Source: a virus
Lineage: Duplodnaviria > Caudoviricetes
IMG/VR virus record: IMGVR_UViG_3300033148_005213
Span: 1-56,276 of that record
Direction: 5' to 3' (one strand)
DNA: 56,276 nucleotides
In this document: positions 1-9,609 of the stretch, piece by piece
Position numbering within the stretch: position 1 is the first letter of the stretch
Layout: every line of letters begins with the position of its first letter
Made by a program: the position numbers and the translations under genes
Notes under the pieces: generated by a model
Seen by the model: only the letters and a program-made list of their open reading frames with translations
The model's database searches: none
Told to the model about the DNA's origin: nothing

Positions 1-345
1 TAAAATTGGATTGTCAGCATATGCAGTAAAAGCACCTTCCATAACCGATTCATAGAAACTTTGCAACATGACCGGATTATTGATTAATGGATCACCTGGA
101 AATACATCAACAACTGCAATGACATCCGAATCTAAATTATATAGCAAATTATCTGTGGTTATGTCTAATGTTTGATAAAAATCGTGACTTCCATCATATG
201 CAAAATTTAAAAATTTTTCAACTGCCTCATTAACTGCAATGTCATATTGGTTAACACTTAATTCAATATCATGATCAGGATCACCCAATTCATTTTTAAT
301 CAATGCAATTAAATCTGCTTTATCTGTAATTGTTTGAAAATTCAT
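1..345 (-). CDS. gp13: T4 gp13-like neck protein (runs off the window edge)
   Basis: Manual translation MNFQTITDKADLIALIKNELGDPDHDIELSVNQYDIAVNEAVEKFLNFAYDG matches the gp13 N-terminal pattern (LG-P---VEL---Q----I--A-E------DG); frame open to base 1; absent from the ORF track. Confidence 0.8.
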   Translation of the reverse strand, partial: MNFQTITDKADLIALIKNELGDPDHDIELSVNQYDIAVNEAVEKFLNFAYDGSHDFYQTLDITTDNLLYNLDSDVIAVVDVFPGDPLINNPVMLQSFYESVMEGAFTAYADNPIL

Positions 346-361
346 TTGTTATATTCCTTTG

Positions 362-928
362 TTAAAATGTCCAAATTATTTTGTCTTGTTCACGAATAGT
401 TACAGCTTTTTTTAACTTACAAGCAACCATCTCTTTATATGTTTTCAAGTATGAAGGGTCGTAGTTGCATTGTTCAGCGGTTTTACCATCATCCCACACC
501 ATGTACACACCATTCAAATTGAATGCTAAGTAAGCTTCTTTATAAGCTACATTATCTTGATCTCTAACTTTAACCAAAACATTTTTAGACATGAAGTGCT
601 GCATAGTTCCTTCAGAAATATCAACATAGCCCTTTATTTTGGAAATAATTTCAGTTGACCATTCATTTAATGTGCCAATGCATCTTTCAACATATTGATC
701 TCTAATTTCATTTGATATGAATATTTTTACAAAAGGCACTGAATCCAATGCTTCATATGTTCCTCGGACATGCATTACATCATTGCAAAGTTTTGGATGG
801 TCAGTTGAAAGTATATCAAAGCTGTTATTATAAGAATGATAATCAAAATTATCTTTTAGTTTTTCATTTTGTTGTAGTACAGTATATATTAAAGAATTTT
901 CTCTAAATTCTAGTTGTATGGATAGCAT
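362..928 (-). CDS. Hypothetical protein
   Basis: 188-aa ORF with AGGA SD and a late promoter at 951-958. Confidence 0.7.
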   Translation of the reverse strand: MLSIQLEFRENSLIYTVLQQNEKLKDNFDYHSYNNSFDILSTDHPKLCNDVMHVRGTYEALDSVPFVKIFISNEIRDQYVERCIGTLNEWSTEIISKIKGYVDISEGTMQHFMSKNVLVKVRDQDNVAYKEAYLAFNLNGVYMVWDDGKTAEQCNYDPSYLKTYKEMVACKLKKAVTIREQDKIIWTF

Positions 929-964
929 TTCTATTCCTATATTTTATACTTATTTATATAAAAT

Positions 965-1004
965 AAAAAAGCCTCATACTATGTTAGCTATGAGGCTTTT
1001 TTTT
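965..1004. terminator. Intrinsic terminator hairpin (GCCTCATA...TATGAGGC) with A and T tracts; near-twin of 19864-19900
   Basis: Inverted repeat flanked by A6 and T8. Confidence 0.8.
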
Positions 1005-1022
1005 GCTTGGAGGAGGCATATT

Positions 1023-1187
1023 TTATTTTTGATTAAAATTTAAAAGGATAAAATCCTTTGTACTCAAGAAAATCTCTGTTCTAGTTAATTCCGGATTTGT
1101 AAAAGCTCCAATCATGGTTACTGTGCATATGTATGCTAATACTATATAAGCAACCAAATCCCACCATTTAAGTTTTTTAATTTTCAA
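1023..1187 (-). CDS. Small membrane protein (54 aa, TTG start)
   Basis: Manual translation LKIKKLNGWDLVAYIVLAYICTVTMIGAFTNP...; GGAGG SD; overlaps the stop of the upstream ORF. Confidence 0.55.
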   Translation of the reverse strand: MKIKKLKWWDLVAYIVLAYICTVTMIGAFTNPELTRTEIFLSTKDFILLNFNQK

Positions 1188-1366
1188 TTTTTCAATCCTC
1201 CAAGTCTAGTCAATCGTCTAATTTTTTGCACATAATCTCCCAAATCTTTTGACAATTCTTCATTTTCTTGAAGTAGGTTTGCATTTTGTTTTTTCAACCT
1301 AATAATTTCATTATGTTGCTCTTGAATTTTAATGGTTAATGAATTCAGTCTTTCCATGTCTTCCAT
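1184..1366 (-). CDS. Hypothetical coiled-coil protein
   Basis: 60-aa heptad-rich ORF in a packed minus-strand run. Confidence 0.6.
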   Translation of the reverse strand: MEDMERLNSLTIKIQEQHNEIIRLKKQNANLLQENEELSKDLGDYVQKIRRLTRLGGLKN

Positions 1367-1376
1367 AATATAAAAC

Positions 1377-1802
1377 CTACAATTTAAATTTTACATGCTT
1401 TCTTTCACACTTTAATTCCATTTTACTGATTATGAATTTTGAATCTCTGACAAGATCAGTAATTGAAATCTCTTTTTGTATAAACTTCCAAGATCTTTCA
1501 TTTCCCTTAATAACCAGTTTAACAAACATTCCATCTTTAAAAGCAATTAATTGTGAAAGATCTTGTCTGGTATATTTTACAACAATCAATTCTTCATGAG
1601 TAATATCTTCATCAACTAGTTCTTTATCATCAACCAATTTGAATGAAATTGCAAAATCTTCTTTCAGTTTGTCAAAATTCTTACCAAGAAAAGTTCTCAA
1701 TTTCAAGATGTTCATTTTGTCCACTTTGAATTGTTCTTCTTTTGCTTCCATTTGCATTTTCTTAAACTTCTTTTGTGATGCTTCAGACATGTTATCAAAC
1801 AT
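1377..1802 (-). CDS. Hypothetical protein
   Basis: 141-aa ORF, GGAGG SD. Confidence 0.7.
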   Translation of the reverse strand: MFDNMSEASQKKFKKMQMEAKEEQFKVDKMNILKLRTFLGKNFDKLKEDFAISFKLVDDKELVDEDITHEELIVVKYTRQDLSQLIAFKDGMFVKLVIKGNERSWKFIQKEISITDLVRDSKFIISKMELKCERKHVKFKL

Positions 1803-1834
1803 GATGTACCTCCGAGATTTTTGATTGAATTATT

Positions 1835-2068
1835 TTATTTAATACAATTATCAACAAATTCTTTATTGGAAACTTTAACAGGAAATTTTCTTACAAACAT
1901 ATCTACAACAAGATTGTATATACCAACCAATTTTCCTAATTCTGTATATGATTTGTAATAAATGAAATTTCCTCTTCTCTCAGTAATTTCCTGAAAATCT
2001 TGAAGAATAGTCTTACCTCTATAAATATGTCCTACTTCTAATGTTGATTGTTTCTTTTTCTTTGACAT
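1835..2068 (-). CDS. Hypothetical protein
   Basis: 77-aa ORF, GGAG SD. Confidence 0.65.
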   Translation of the reverse strand: MSKKKKQSTLEVGHIYRGKTILQDFQEITERRGNFIYYKSYTELGKLVGIYNLVVDMFVRKFPVKVSNKEFVDNCIK

Positions 2069-2077
2069 ATTAAACTC

Positions 2078-2380
2078 CTAAACATTTATTTCAAAATTAT
2101 CTGCAATATATTCTTCAAGATTTGTAAAAACATATTCGCCAAATTCATCTTTTCCAATGTGATATAAATAAGGTGAATCTAAATTTCTTGCAACTTTATC
2201 AATTTCAGTTTTGTCAATACTTCTAATTATACATTTATCAGTTTCTATTTCTGTAATGTCATATTCAACATCTTCCTCTTCAAGTTCTTTAGGTTGTTTC
2301 CATCCACATAAACAATCTTGCATTGTTCCATCACCACCTTCCAAATATTCACCACATTCAGGACAATATAATTTTTTCAT
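2078..2380 (-). CDS. Zinc-ribbon-containing hypothetical protein
   Basis: CPECG...DCLCGW; AGGAG SD. Confidence 0.65.
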   Translation of the reverse strand: MKKLYCPECGEYLEGGDGTMQDCLCGWKQPKELEEEDVEYDITEIETDKCIIRSIDKTEIDKVARNLDSPYLYHIGKDEFGEYVFTNLEEYIADNFEINV

Positions 2381-2451
2381 CTTTTTGTCTCCTTTACTAT
2401 AGTGGATAATTTATTGTACAACCATTATCTAGTAAATCTTTTAACTTAATT

Positions 2452-2670
2452 CTATTTTTTAAGAACTCTTTTTAAATTAACAGATTCATCTTCAAAATAT
2501 TCTTCATCTTCATCATAATATGTTCTATAAATTCTATAATTTTCCATTGGCACAAACTTTAGTAGTTTATCCCAATGAGTTTTACATAATACATGATAGT
2601 GATGATTACCAACTTCGTTACAATCACTATCAATAATCTTATAATCTATTACATTTGCACTTGTCGTCAT
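2452..2670 (-). CDS. Hypothetical protein
   Basis: 72-aa ORF with SD. Confidence 0.6.
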   Translation of the reverse strand: MTTSANVIDYKIIDSDCNEVGNHHYHVLCKTHWDKLLKFVPMENYRIYRTYYDEDEEYFEDESVNLKRVLKK

Positions 2671-2694
2671 ATTTTAAATTCCTAAATTATGTTG

Positions 2695-2937
2695 CTAAAA
2701 TTCAATTCCTGATTCAGTTTCTAGTTCATTAACGATAATTCCTAACATGTTAATTTTTTCTACTCTTGTGAATGCGGACATGAAGTATGAGTTTTCTTCA
2801 CAAGAAATAGAACTTTTTAGTACTCTTTTTACTCTATCAATTGTTATGCAATCTGAATTAAGGATGATTAGAGATTTTTCGATAACTGCTTTCACATGAT
2901 CTTCATTAGTCATTTTAGTTCTATTCATCTTTTGCAT
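2695..2937 (-). CDS. Hypothetical protein
   Basis: ORF directly downstream of the early promoter at 2981-3009. Confidence 0.6.
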   Translation of the reverse strand: MQKMNRTKMTNEDHVKAVIEKSLIILNSDCITIDRVKRVLKSSISCEENSYFMSAFTRVEKINMLGIIVNELETESGIEF

Positions 2938-2980
2938 CCCATCGGATTTTGGTTTATGTTACTTACTTGCTTATATATAT

Positions 2981-3009
2981 AATATACACAATATATATGG
3001 GAATAGCAA
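2981..3009 (-). promoter_or_regulatory. Repeated sigma70-like early promoter TTGCT(A/T)-N17-TATATT (first of 14 copies)
   Basis: Same motif with exact 17-nt spacer on minus at 4998-5026, 6242-6270, 12045-12073, 14092-14120, 16531-16559, 19500-19528, 19808-19836, 20225-20253, 23183-23211 (-10 TAAATT), 24227-24255, 30276-30304 and on plus at 47452-47480 (-10 TAACTT), 49623-49651; always oriented with the downstream gene. Confidence 0.85.
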
Positions 3010-3261
3010 GAACTATTTAATCTTTTTATTAAATACTGATATGAGATTGTCAATTCTTTCACTAGATTCATATAAAAATTTTCCATCTTGATTTGTAACA
3101 TGAATTTTAACATAATTTTCTTTTCTTTCTGTAATAGTTGCAATCCAAAGAGTATTCAAACTAAAAGGATCATTACATATTTTCAAAAATATTTTTATCA
3201 ACTGTTTTCAATAAATAATATATTTTAGCTTGGTTGGTATCACTATCTTTATCAAACATTT

Positions 3262-3492
3262 TTAAATCTCCTTAACTATGGTTATTTGATAATGTGTTTT
3301 ACCACTACCATTTAAAACTTCAACAAATTGTGAATATTCACTATATTCATGTATTTCTCCATAATCTAATTCATCATTCTGAATTTTATCAAAAATATAT
3401 TGTTTCAATTTATCTGTATCGTTGGATATGATCAATGGTGTATCAAATCTATGATTGTTAAATCCGTAACTTACATGAACTAATAAATACAT
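3262..3492 (-). CDS. Hypothetical protein
   Basis: 76-aa ORF, GAGG SD. Confidence 0.6.
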   Translation of the reverse strand: MYLLVHVSYGFNNHRFDTPLIISNDTDKLKQYIFDKIQNDELDYGEIHEYSEYSQFVEVLNGSGKTHYQITIVKEI

Positions 3493-3494
3493 AA

Positions 3495-4511
3495 TTACCT
3501 CTCGTTGTTATTATTTTTATTAATATACCTAATCAATAATGTACATGAAGTAAAATTATAATTATCATATTCATAATTTGCATAAATTCCATTGAATTCT
3601 ACTTTCAATCCAATAGGACATAATTTTAAATATTCAATCGTTAATTTTTCTTGTATTTTTAATTCTTCATCATAACATTTACAACTATTATTTCCTCTAA
3701 GCCAACTCTCAGATATTTGATTACATATATTATCAATTGTTGTGATTGTTCCAATCAATTTTTCAAAACATTCTTTTGGTTTCGTCAATGTCAACAAAAG
3801 AGTTTTAACAGTTGTTCCAGACTCTTTAAATCGTCCAGCATCAATTAATTTTATTGTGCTTTTATTTTTAATAAATTCTTTAAATTGTTGTTGTACTTTT
3901 GTTCCTTTTCTTTCATACCATCCTGTAGACATCAAAGAAACTATTTGACCACCTTCCTTTAACATCTCATACATTCTTTTTATATGGATGATATCAGCAT
4001 TTTTAGAGAATGGAGGATTTGCAATTATCAAATCATATTTCTTATCATTATCAACAGAATCAACTAAAAAATCTTTACCGAGTATATTACAATTTAATTT
4101 ATTTAAAAACATGTGATTAATTTCTTGTAATTCATAGCAAGCTATTTTTGCAGTATCACATCTATTCAATAATGCTTTTATCAAATTACCAACACCTGCT
4201 GATGGTTCCAATACTTCAAAATCACTACAATAATAAAGATCATTAATTATTTCTTCACATAAATCAATTGGTGTATAAAATGATTGGAAAATTTGTTGTA
4301 AATTTACAATTCCTTCATCAATAACTTGTTGCAATAAATCTGTTGGATCTTGAAGATATTGAAAAAATTGTGATTTACCACCAAGCCACTTTCCACCAAT
4401 TAAAATTAATAATTTTTTTAATTTTGCATAATCTTTTTTATTTAATCTAGTATTTGGTAGTGTGATTGTATTATTATCAACTACACAATTTTTTAAAACA
4501 TCTAAAATCAT
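3495..4511 (-). CDS. SAM-dependent amino (probably N6-adenine) DNA methyltransferase
   Basis: Motif I LEPSAGVG followed by motif IV NPPF; FYTP upstream. Confidence 0.85.
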   Translation of the reverse strand: MILDVLKNCVVDNNTITLPNTRLNKKDYAKLKKLLILIGGKWLGGKSQFFQYLQDPTDLLQQVIDEGIVNLQQIFQSFYTPIDLCEEIINDLYYCSDFEVLEPSAGVGNLIKALLNRCDTAKIACYELQEINHMFLNKLNCNILGKDFLVDSVDNDKKYDLIIANPPFSKNADIIHIKRMYEMLKEGGQIVSLMSTGWYERKGTKVQQQFKEFIKNKSTIKLIDAGRFKESGTTVKTLLLTLTKPKECFEKLIGTITTIDNICNQISESWLRGNNSCKCYDEELKIQEKLTIEYLKLCPIGLKVEFNGIYANYEYDNYNFTSCTLLIRYINKNNNNER

Positions 4512-4531
4512 TTTTTATTACCTTTAATTTT

Positions 4532-4960
4532 TTAATGCAATGAATTATAAAATTTGATAAAAAACTCATCAGTTACTTGAGTGCTATAAAATTCTTCAAC
4601 TAGTATATAAGTATCTTCCATCCGTGCTTGTAAATTATTTGGTAATTCTGAATAAAATTTACCAACATATTCTGCATCAACACCTGTCAACACAAATTTA
4701 TCATCCATGAAATCAAAAATGGTTTTCATTCTCTTATAGCCATCAACAATTTGTGTGCTACCATCTCTATGTGATTTTACAAAAATGTGTGCTAAAGGTA
4801 TGTTTAACAGTAATGATTCGATTAACAATGATTTATGCTCATTTGTCCATGAATACTTGTCATTGGGAAGTGTGACACCTCTATCAATCTTAAAATAACC
4901 TTTTTTAGCAGATTGTAGTAATTGATAAATTGTATTCTTTTGTTGTCTAATATCTAACAT
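4532..4960 (-). CDS. Stand-alone DUF262 / ParB-like (GmrSD N-terminal-type) protein
   Basis: WT...LIESLLLNIP...IVDGYKRM..I matches the DUF262 W...LIESLL..IP...DGQQR pattern. Confidence 0.75.
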   Translation of the reverse strand: MLDIRQQKNTIYQLLQSAKKGYFKIDRGVTLPNDKYSWTNEHKSLLIESLLLNIPLAHIFVKSHRDGSTQIVDGYKRMKTIFDFMDDKFVLTGVDAEYVGKFYSELPNNLQARMEDTYILVEEFYSTQVTDEFFIKFYNSLH

Positions 4961-4980
4961 TATTTAACTCCTATATCATT

Positions 4981-5029
4981 ATTAACTTAACAATAGTAAT
5001 ATAAGCATATAAAAGAAAAATAGCAACAA
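4981..5029. repeat. 49-bp perfect direct repeat containing an early promoter, copy 1
   Basis: Identical to 6225-6273. Confidence 0.95.
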
Positions 5030-5084
5030 TAAAATTAGTTATATTTTTTGGCTTTCGTATTCTTCTGTATAACATTTGCGACTA

Positions 5085-5501
5085 CTATTCGTTACCGCAT
5101 CTTTTGTCAAACTCTAATTCTAAAGCCCTTGATTGCATCTTTAACACTGGTATATTTTGTTTTATTTTAAACTTATGAATTGATAAAAAATATAGGTTTA
5201 CAGCCAAGTTATAAATATCTTCATATTTTAATGTTTCAATTGCAGTGTATTTAAAACTTACTCCTTCAACCTCACAACCCAACGGAAATAAAACATCATA
5301 TCTTAATGATAGAAAACAGCTTATCGCTTCGATACTATCTTTAAAATCGATATAATTTCCTTTTTTTGTTCGTTCTATAATGTCGAAAATAATATTATGT
5401 CTATCATTATTTTTTAGGAAAGCTTTTAAATCTATTTCAGAACCTGAAATTTTGCCAAGAATAACACTATCTAATTTTACTAATAATTGTTTGACGTTCA
5501 T
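5085..5501 (-). CDS. Hypothetical protein (start re-called at MNVKQLL)
   Basis: G-rich SD precedes ATG at 5501; avoids long overlap with the upstream ORF. Confidence 0.6.
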   Translation of the reverse strand: MNVKQLLVKLDSVILGKISGSEIDLKAFLKNNDRHNIIFDIIERTKKGNYIDFKDSIEAISCFLSLRYDVLFPLGCEVEGVSFKYTAIETLKYEDIYNLAVNLYFLSIHKFKIKQNIPVLKMQSRALELEFDKRCGNE

Positions 5502-5529
5502 GTTTTTTATCCCCCCTTTTTTTAATGTA

Positions 5530-5808
5530 TCATTTATAAATAACTTTTGTTTTAAAAAAATACTGAATATAATTATCTTTGTTTTCGTTTTTAGAAAGTA
5601 TCTTTTCGGCCTCTGAAATGGTTTTACAAACCTTAAAGTCTTTATTATATGCATGTTCACCACTCTTTTTTAACGGTTGCGATTTCCACTTGCAATTTAC
5701 ACCAGCAATAAAGCCCAATAAAGTAAATTTTTCTTGCCCGTTATGATGAGGTAGAATTTTTGAATCTCCGACCTTTTCAATACCTTTGATTTTATTTACT
5801 ATTTCCAT
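5530..5808 (-). CDS. Hypothetical protein
   Basis: 92-aa ORF, AAGG SD. Confidence 0.6.
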   Translation of the reverse strand: MEIVNKIKGIEKVGDSKILPHHNGQEKFTLLGFIAGVNCKWKSQPLKKSGEHAYNKDFKVCKTISEAEKILSKNENKDNYIQYFFKTKVIYK

Positions 5809-5850
5809 ATATACACCTTTTGTTTAAAGTTAAGTTAAATTCGTTATATA

Positions 5851-6210
5851 TTAACATAATCCGAAACGTTTACCGAGTTTGTAAGTTAACACCTTGTGCC
5901 TCTTATCATGTCCCAGGTAGCCTTTTTGTTTACCAAGTATATAGTGTGCTAACTCGTGGCACATTACATAATCAGGATCGAAGCTAATATCAAATCCGGC
6001 ACCAATTACGATTTTGTTAAATTTTACAATCTCTTTTGTTGTTTTATTCATGGTAGTTTCTAAATAACCACCTCCACTATTTCTAACACCATCTATATTT
6101 TTGAATTCTACCTTTATCTTTGGTAGTTTGTACTCTTCACATACTATTTTGAAAATATTTTTTGCGTTGTTTATTTCCGTTGTAATATATGGATTTAGTT
6201 TTTTCATCAT
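5851..6210 (-). CDS. Zincin / SprT-like metalloprotein
   Basis: HELAH (HExxH) followed by GHDKRH. Confidence 0.7.
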   Translation of the reverse strand: MMKKLNPYITTEINNAKNIFKIVCEEYKLPKIKVEFKNIDGVRNSGGGYLETTMNKTTKEIVKFNKIVIGAGFDISFDPDYVMCHELAHYILGKQKGYLGHDKRHKVLTYKLGKRFGLC

Positions 6211-6224
6211 AGACTCCCGTTATA

Positions 6225-6273
6225 ATTAACTTAACAATAGTAATATAAGCATATAAAAGAAAAATAGCAACAA
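6225..6273. repeat. 49-bp perfect direct repeat containing an early promoter, copy 2
   Basis: Identical to 4981-5029. Confidence 0.95.
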
Positions 6274-6307
6274 AAAAGTCATTTATTTTTAACATAAATG
6301 ACTTTTT
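6273..6307. terminator. Intrinsic terminator (AAAAAGTCATTTAT...ATAAATGACTTTTT)
   Basis: Inverted repeat after the stop of 6332..7201. Confidence 0.75.
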
Positions 6308-6331
6308 AATAAATTGTATAACTAAATAACA

Positions 6332-7201
6332 CTATACTTTTTTCATAATCTTCTCAATAGTTTTGGCAGTATTTGTCCATTTGATCTCGAAGTATTGTGA
6401 AATTTGTTTAACCTTGGTATAATGGAGATTTTTCAAATAACTTCTGATTTCTTTATCAGAATCTTCATCAGCTATTTCAGATTTTAAAAAATGTAAAAAT
6501 TTAGTTACATCTTCATCCAAAGTGATTACTTTTGTTTCTTCTTGTTTAATTGTTTCCATTGACACAATTTCTTGTTCAACTTTTTCTTTAATTTCTTCGG
6601 TTGTGCTGGACACGGTTTGTTCTTCAACGGACAATTTTGGTTCATCTTCAATTACTCCTTTATTTTCAATTTCTAAACCTTCATCTTCATCAGTTACATC
6701 AAACTCATCAATTTCAGGTTGTTCAACGGATTCTTTATCAATATTTTCATCAATAACTGAATCAATTAAATCATCAACTTCATCTTTAAAAGGTTCTGAC
6801 AATTCTTGAATTTCTTTTTCAACTTCATCAATAACAACTTTAACATTTTCTAAAAGTTCTTTTGGTGGAACTACGTCAACATCTACAATGTTTTCAAGCT
6901 TTTGTTTAATTTCTTCATTACTTAGATCTACATCAATGAAGAATTTTTTCTTTCCATCAATTATTATTTCCGAAACTTCATTTCCAGAATCATCAACAAT
7001 CGGAAATTCTTGATTAGATACTTCAATGACTTTTTTAACTTCATCTTTAACTTCTAAAAATCTATCTGGAAATGCATTAGCAAATTTGTCAATCATTTCA
7101 TTTGAAGGATATATTTTATCCGGAACAAACCTATATGACGAATTAGTTGTTGTTAAACTATTGCTTCGAAAAGTAATGCCCACGAATCTGTATTTTTTCA
7201 T
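6332..7201 (-). CDS. Highly acidic, probably late-expressed hypothetical protein (start re-called at MKKYRF)
   Basis: GAGG SD before ATG 7201; TATAAATA at 7222-7229; D/E-rich centre. Confidence 0.7.
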   Translation of the reverse strand: MKKYRFVGITFRSNSLTTTNSSYRFVPDKIYPSNEMIDKFANAFPDRFLEVKDEVKKVIEVSNQEFPIVDDSGNEVSEIIIDGKKKFFIDVDLSNEEIKQKLENIVDVDVVPPKELLENVKVVIDEVEKEIQELSEPFKDEVDDLIDSVIDENIDKESVEQPEIDEFDVTDEDEGLEIENKGVIEDEPKLSVEEQTVSSTTEEIKEKVEQEIVSMETIKQEETKVITLDEDVTKFLHFLKSEIADEDSDKEIRSYLKNLHYTKVKQISQYFEIKWTNTAKTIEKIMKKV

Positions 7202-7220
7202 TCTTACCTCTTTTTTACTA

Positions 7221-7442
7221 TTATTTATATTTATGAATATAGTTAAATACTCTTCTAACAATGAAATTCTTGACTAATGAAACACAAAAGAAAATTGCAC
7301 ATATTGAAAAGTTAGTCTTTACTGGTATATTTATTCCAAAAAATGGGAATATTAAAATCTGTGTGAAGAAGCTGACAGTGATACCAGCAATTGTATTTAC
7401 TAAACTTTCAAAACCAGTCCATTTTTTATTTTGTTCTTTCAT
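7221..7442 (-). CDS. Small two-helix membrane protein of a common phage type
   Basis: ES..N...G.....Q...FP.FG......N......F...S....F..RR.FN pattern. Confidence 0.65.
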   Translation of the reverse strand: MKEQNKKWTGFESLVNTIAGITVSFFTQILIFPFFGINIPVKTNFSICAIFFCVSLVKNFIVRRVFNYIHKYK

Positions 7443-7449
7443 TATAATC

Positions 7450-7716
7450 TCACAGTTTCTTAATTTTTGTTGTCAATTTCCCTCTTATGTCTGATTCACG
7501 TATATTTCCATTTTCAACTTTGATAAAGCATTTTTCGGAATTGTAATTATGTATCCATATATCAATGCATCCACATGTTTCTTGATTACACACTGTCCTC
7601 GCATCATAACCAGCTTTTTGATATTGTTTTACAAGCTGATTAGCTAAATATATCACCTTTTCTTCAGCTGTCAAATCTTTAATCTTAAAATTTATTAACC
7701 ATTTAAAAAATCTCAT
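7450..7716 (-). CDS. Hypothetical protein
   Basis: 88-aa ORF, AGGAG SD. Confidence 0.6.
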   Translation of the reverse strand: MRFFKWLINFKIKDLTAEEKVIYLANQLVKQYQKAGYDARTVCNQETCGCIDIWIHNYNSEKCFIKVENGNIRESDIRGKLTTKIKKL

Positions 7717-7737
7717 TTGTGCAATCTCCTACTTTTT

Positions 7738-8568
7738 TTAAAATATTCTTTTCTTTTTACTAGCTTTCTTTTTTGTTCTGATCTTTTTCAATTCAATTTC
7801 AGCAATGTCTTTCCAAGACACATTGAAATATTTTGAATTTTCTTTTTGACATTTTCCCGAATCAATTCCTATAAATTTTCTTTTATTTTTAATGCAAGCT
7901 TTTCCTGTAGAACATGAACCCATTGTAAAATCTAAAACTATTTCACCTTCATTTGTATAAGTTTTTACTAAATATTCTAATAATTTTACGGGCTTTTGTG
8001 TTGGATGAATTGAGTTTCCTCTTTCCACTTTTACTTTTAAAATGCTACTTGGATTTTTAACCTTTATATCATACCTATTTATATCATAATCTTTTTTAGT
8101 TTTATTCCCTTGAATATCTGATCCACTAAACCTAATAGGATTTTTTTTATTTTCTAACCTCTTTTGACCCAATACATCTCGAGGTATCATTTGCCTATTA
8201 TATATTGATTGAGTAATATAAAACACACTTATTATTTCATGATATTTCAAGGGTTGTTTTTTAGCATTTCCAATATTTGCATGATTTGATTTTTCCCAAA
8301 TCCAATCATACTTATAATGTTTAATATTACTCATTCTCAATGCAGAACTAAATGGTTCACTTCCAAATAAAACTATAGCACCATTAGGTTTAATTAGTTT
8401 ATTTAATCGTAACCACATCTTGTCGAATGGGATTATTGAATCCCATGAGCAAGCTGTAGTTCCGTAAGGTGGATCTGTGATGATTGCATCTACTTTTATT
8501 CCTCTTGCGATTAATTGATCCATAATTTCTAGACAATCACCACAATATAATTCATATTGTTTATTCAA
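7738..8568 (-). CDS. Beta-class N6/N4 DNA methyltransferase
   Basis: GDCL, TDPPY, HPTQKP, LDFTMGSCSTG motifs in beta order. Confidence 0.92.
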   Translation of the reverse strand: MNKQYELYCGDCLEIMDQLIARGIKVDAIITDPPYGTTACSWDSIIPFDKMWLRLNKLIKPNGAIVLFGSEPFSSALRMSNIKHYKYDWIWEKSNHANIGNAKKQPLKYHEIISVFYITQSIYNRQMIPRDVLGQKRLENKKNPIRFSGSDIQGNKTKKDYDINRYDIKVKNPSSILKVKVERGNSIHPTQKPVKLLEYLVKTYTNEGEIVLDFTMGSCSTGKACIKNKRKFIGIDSGKCQKENSKYFNVSWKDIAEIELKKIRTKKKASKKKRIF

Positions 8569-8577
8569 ATTTCTAAC

Positions 8578-9597
8578 CTACTTTTTTAAAAACCTATTCT
8601 TAATGTAATTCATATTTTTAGTATTTTCTTTATATTTCTTACTTGTTTTAGATTCAACTATTCTATCAGGCAAAGAAAATTCTTCCATTCTTGAAATTAA
8701 ACTTGGAACATCACCTTCAGTTAATTGAGCTGCATTAATATTTCTGAGTGCCATTGACAGTTTAAATTGATTATATTTACCTTGTTCCTTTTTAACTTCC
8801 TGTATAATCAACTGTTGAACTTTCTTTGGAAGATTTTCTAATGACAAATCCATTAGTTTTACATTTATTTTATATCTTTCTTCTAAATTTTCATCAGGAT
8901 GCTGATCAAATATTTCTTGTAATGTGAATTTTTCCAATTTAGACTTCCATCTGAAATTTTTTTTAATTGATGGAATTGCATCAGCACTATCTCCTTTAAG
9001 ATAAAATAATAATTTATCATGGTCTGACATGTGTTCGGAACAATATTTTTTAGTATACCAATCATAATATAATATTTTATCAGTTGCAAGTGCCTTAACA
9101 TCTTTATCATGAGATATTAAAGTAACTTTTCGTTTTGATTTTAGGGCCAACACAGCACATATATCATCCGCTTCAACACCAGCAATTTCAATGACTTGAA
9201 AATCTGAAAAGTTTTTAAATAATTCTAAACATTCAGCATAACATTTTTCAAGAGTTTCCCAGTCAAATTTTGAATCTTTGACTCTACCTGCTTTATATCC
9301 CCCAAATCGTAAAGATCCATCATTATTTTTAGACATCTTTAAATGCATTTTATTGTAATAAATATCTCTCCAATATCCTCTCGCATACGAACCATCTAAT
9401 TTTTTAAATTTCTTTTTTCTATCAATTGCTAATATTAATCTATTTTTCTTAGTGCAATTAAATTCTCTTCTAATTTTTAATATTGACTGTATAAAATAAA
9501 ATTTAAATAGTTCTGGTCTTTTAACCAATTCTTGACTAATGTACTTTCCAAATATTGTCATCATTTTTACTACACTCGAATCTACAATAACTGCGAT
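8578..9597 (-). CDS. rnh: T4-type RNase H (5'-3' exonuclease); probable start at ATC 9597
   Basis: YWRD, YKAGR, EADD, SHDKD, GDSADAIP motifs; N-terminal IVDSS motif lies upstream of the first ATG (9564). Confidence 0.85.
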   Translation of the reverse strand: MAVIVDSSVVKMMTIFGKYISQELVKRPELFKFYFIQSILKIRREFNCTKKNRLILAIDRKKKFKKLDGSYARGYWRDIYYNKMHLKMSKNNDGSLRFGGYKAGRVKDSKFDWETLEKCYAECLELFKNFSDFQVIEIAGVEADDICAVLALKSKRKVTLISHDKDVKALATDKILYYDWYTKKYCSEHMSDHDKLLFYLKGDSADAIPSIKKNFRWKSKLEKFTLQEIFDQHPDENLEERYKINVKLMDLSLENLPKKVQQLIIQEVKKEQGKYNQFKLSMALRNINAAQLTEGDVPSLISRMEEFSLPDRIVESKTSKKYKENTKNMNYIKNRFLKK

Positions 9598-9609
9598 ATA
9601 ATTTCTCCT

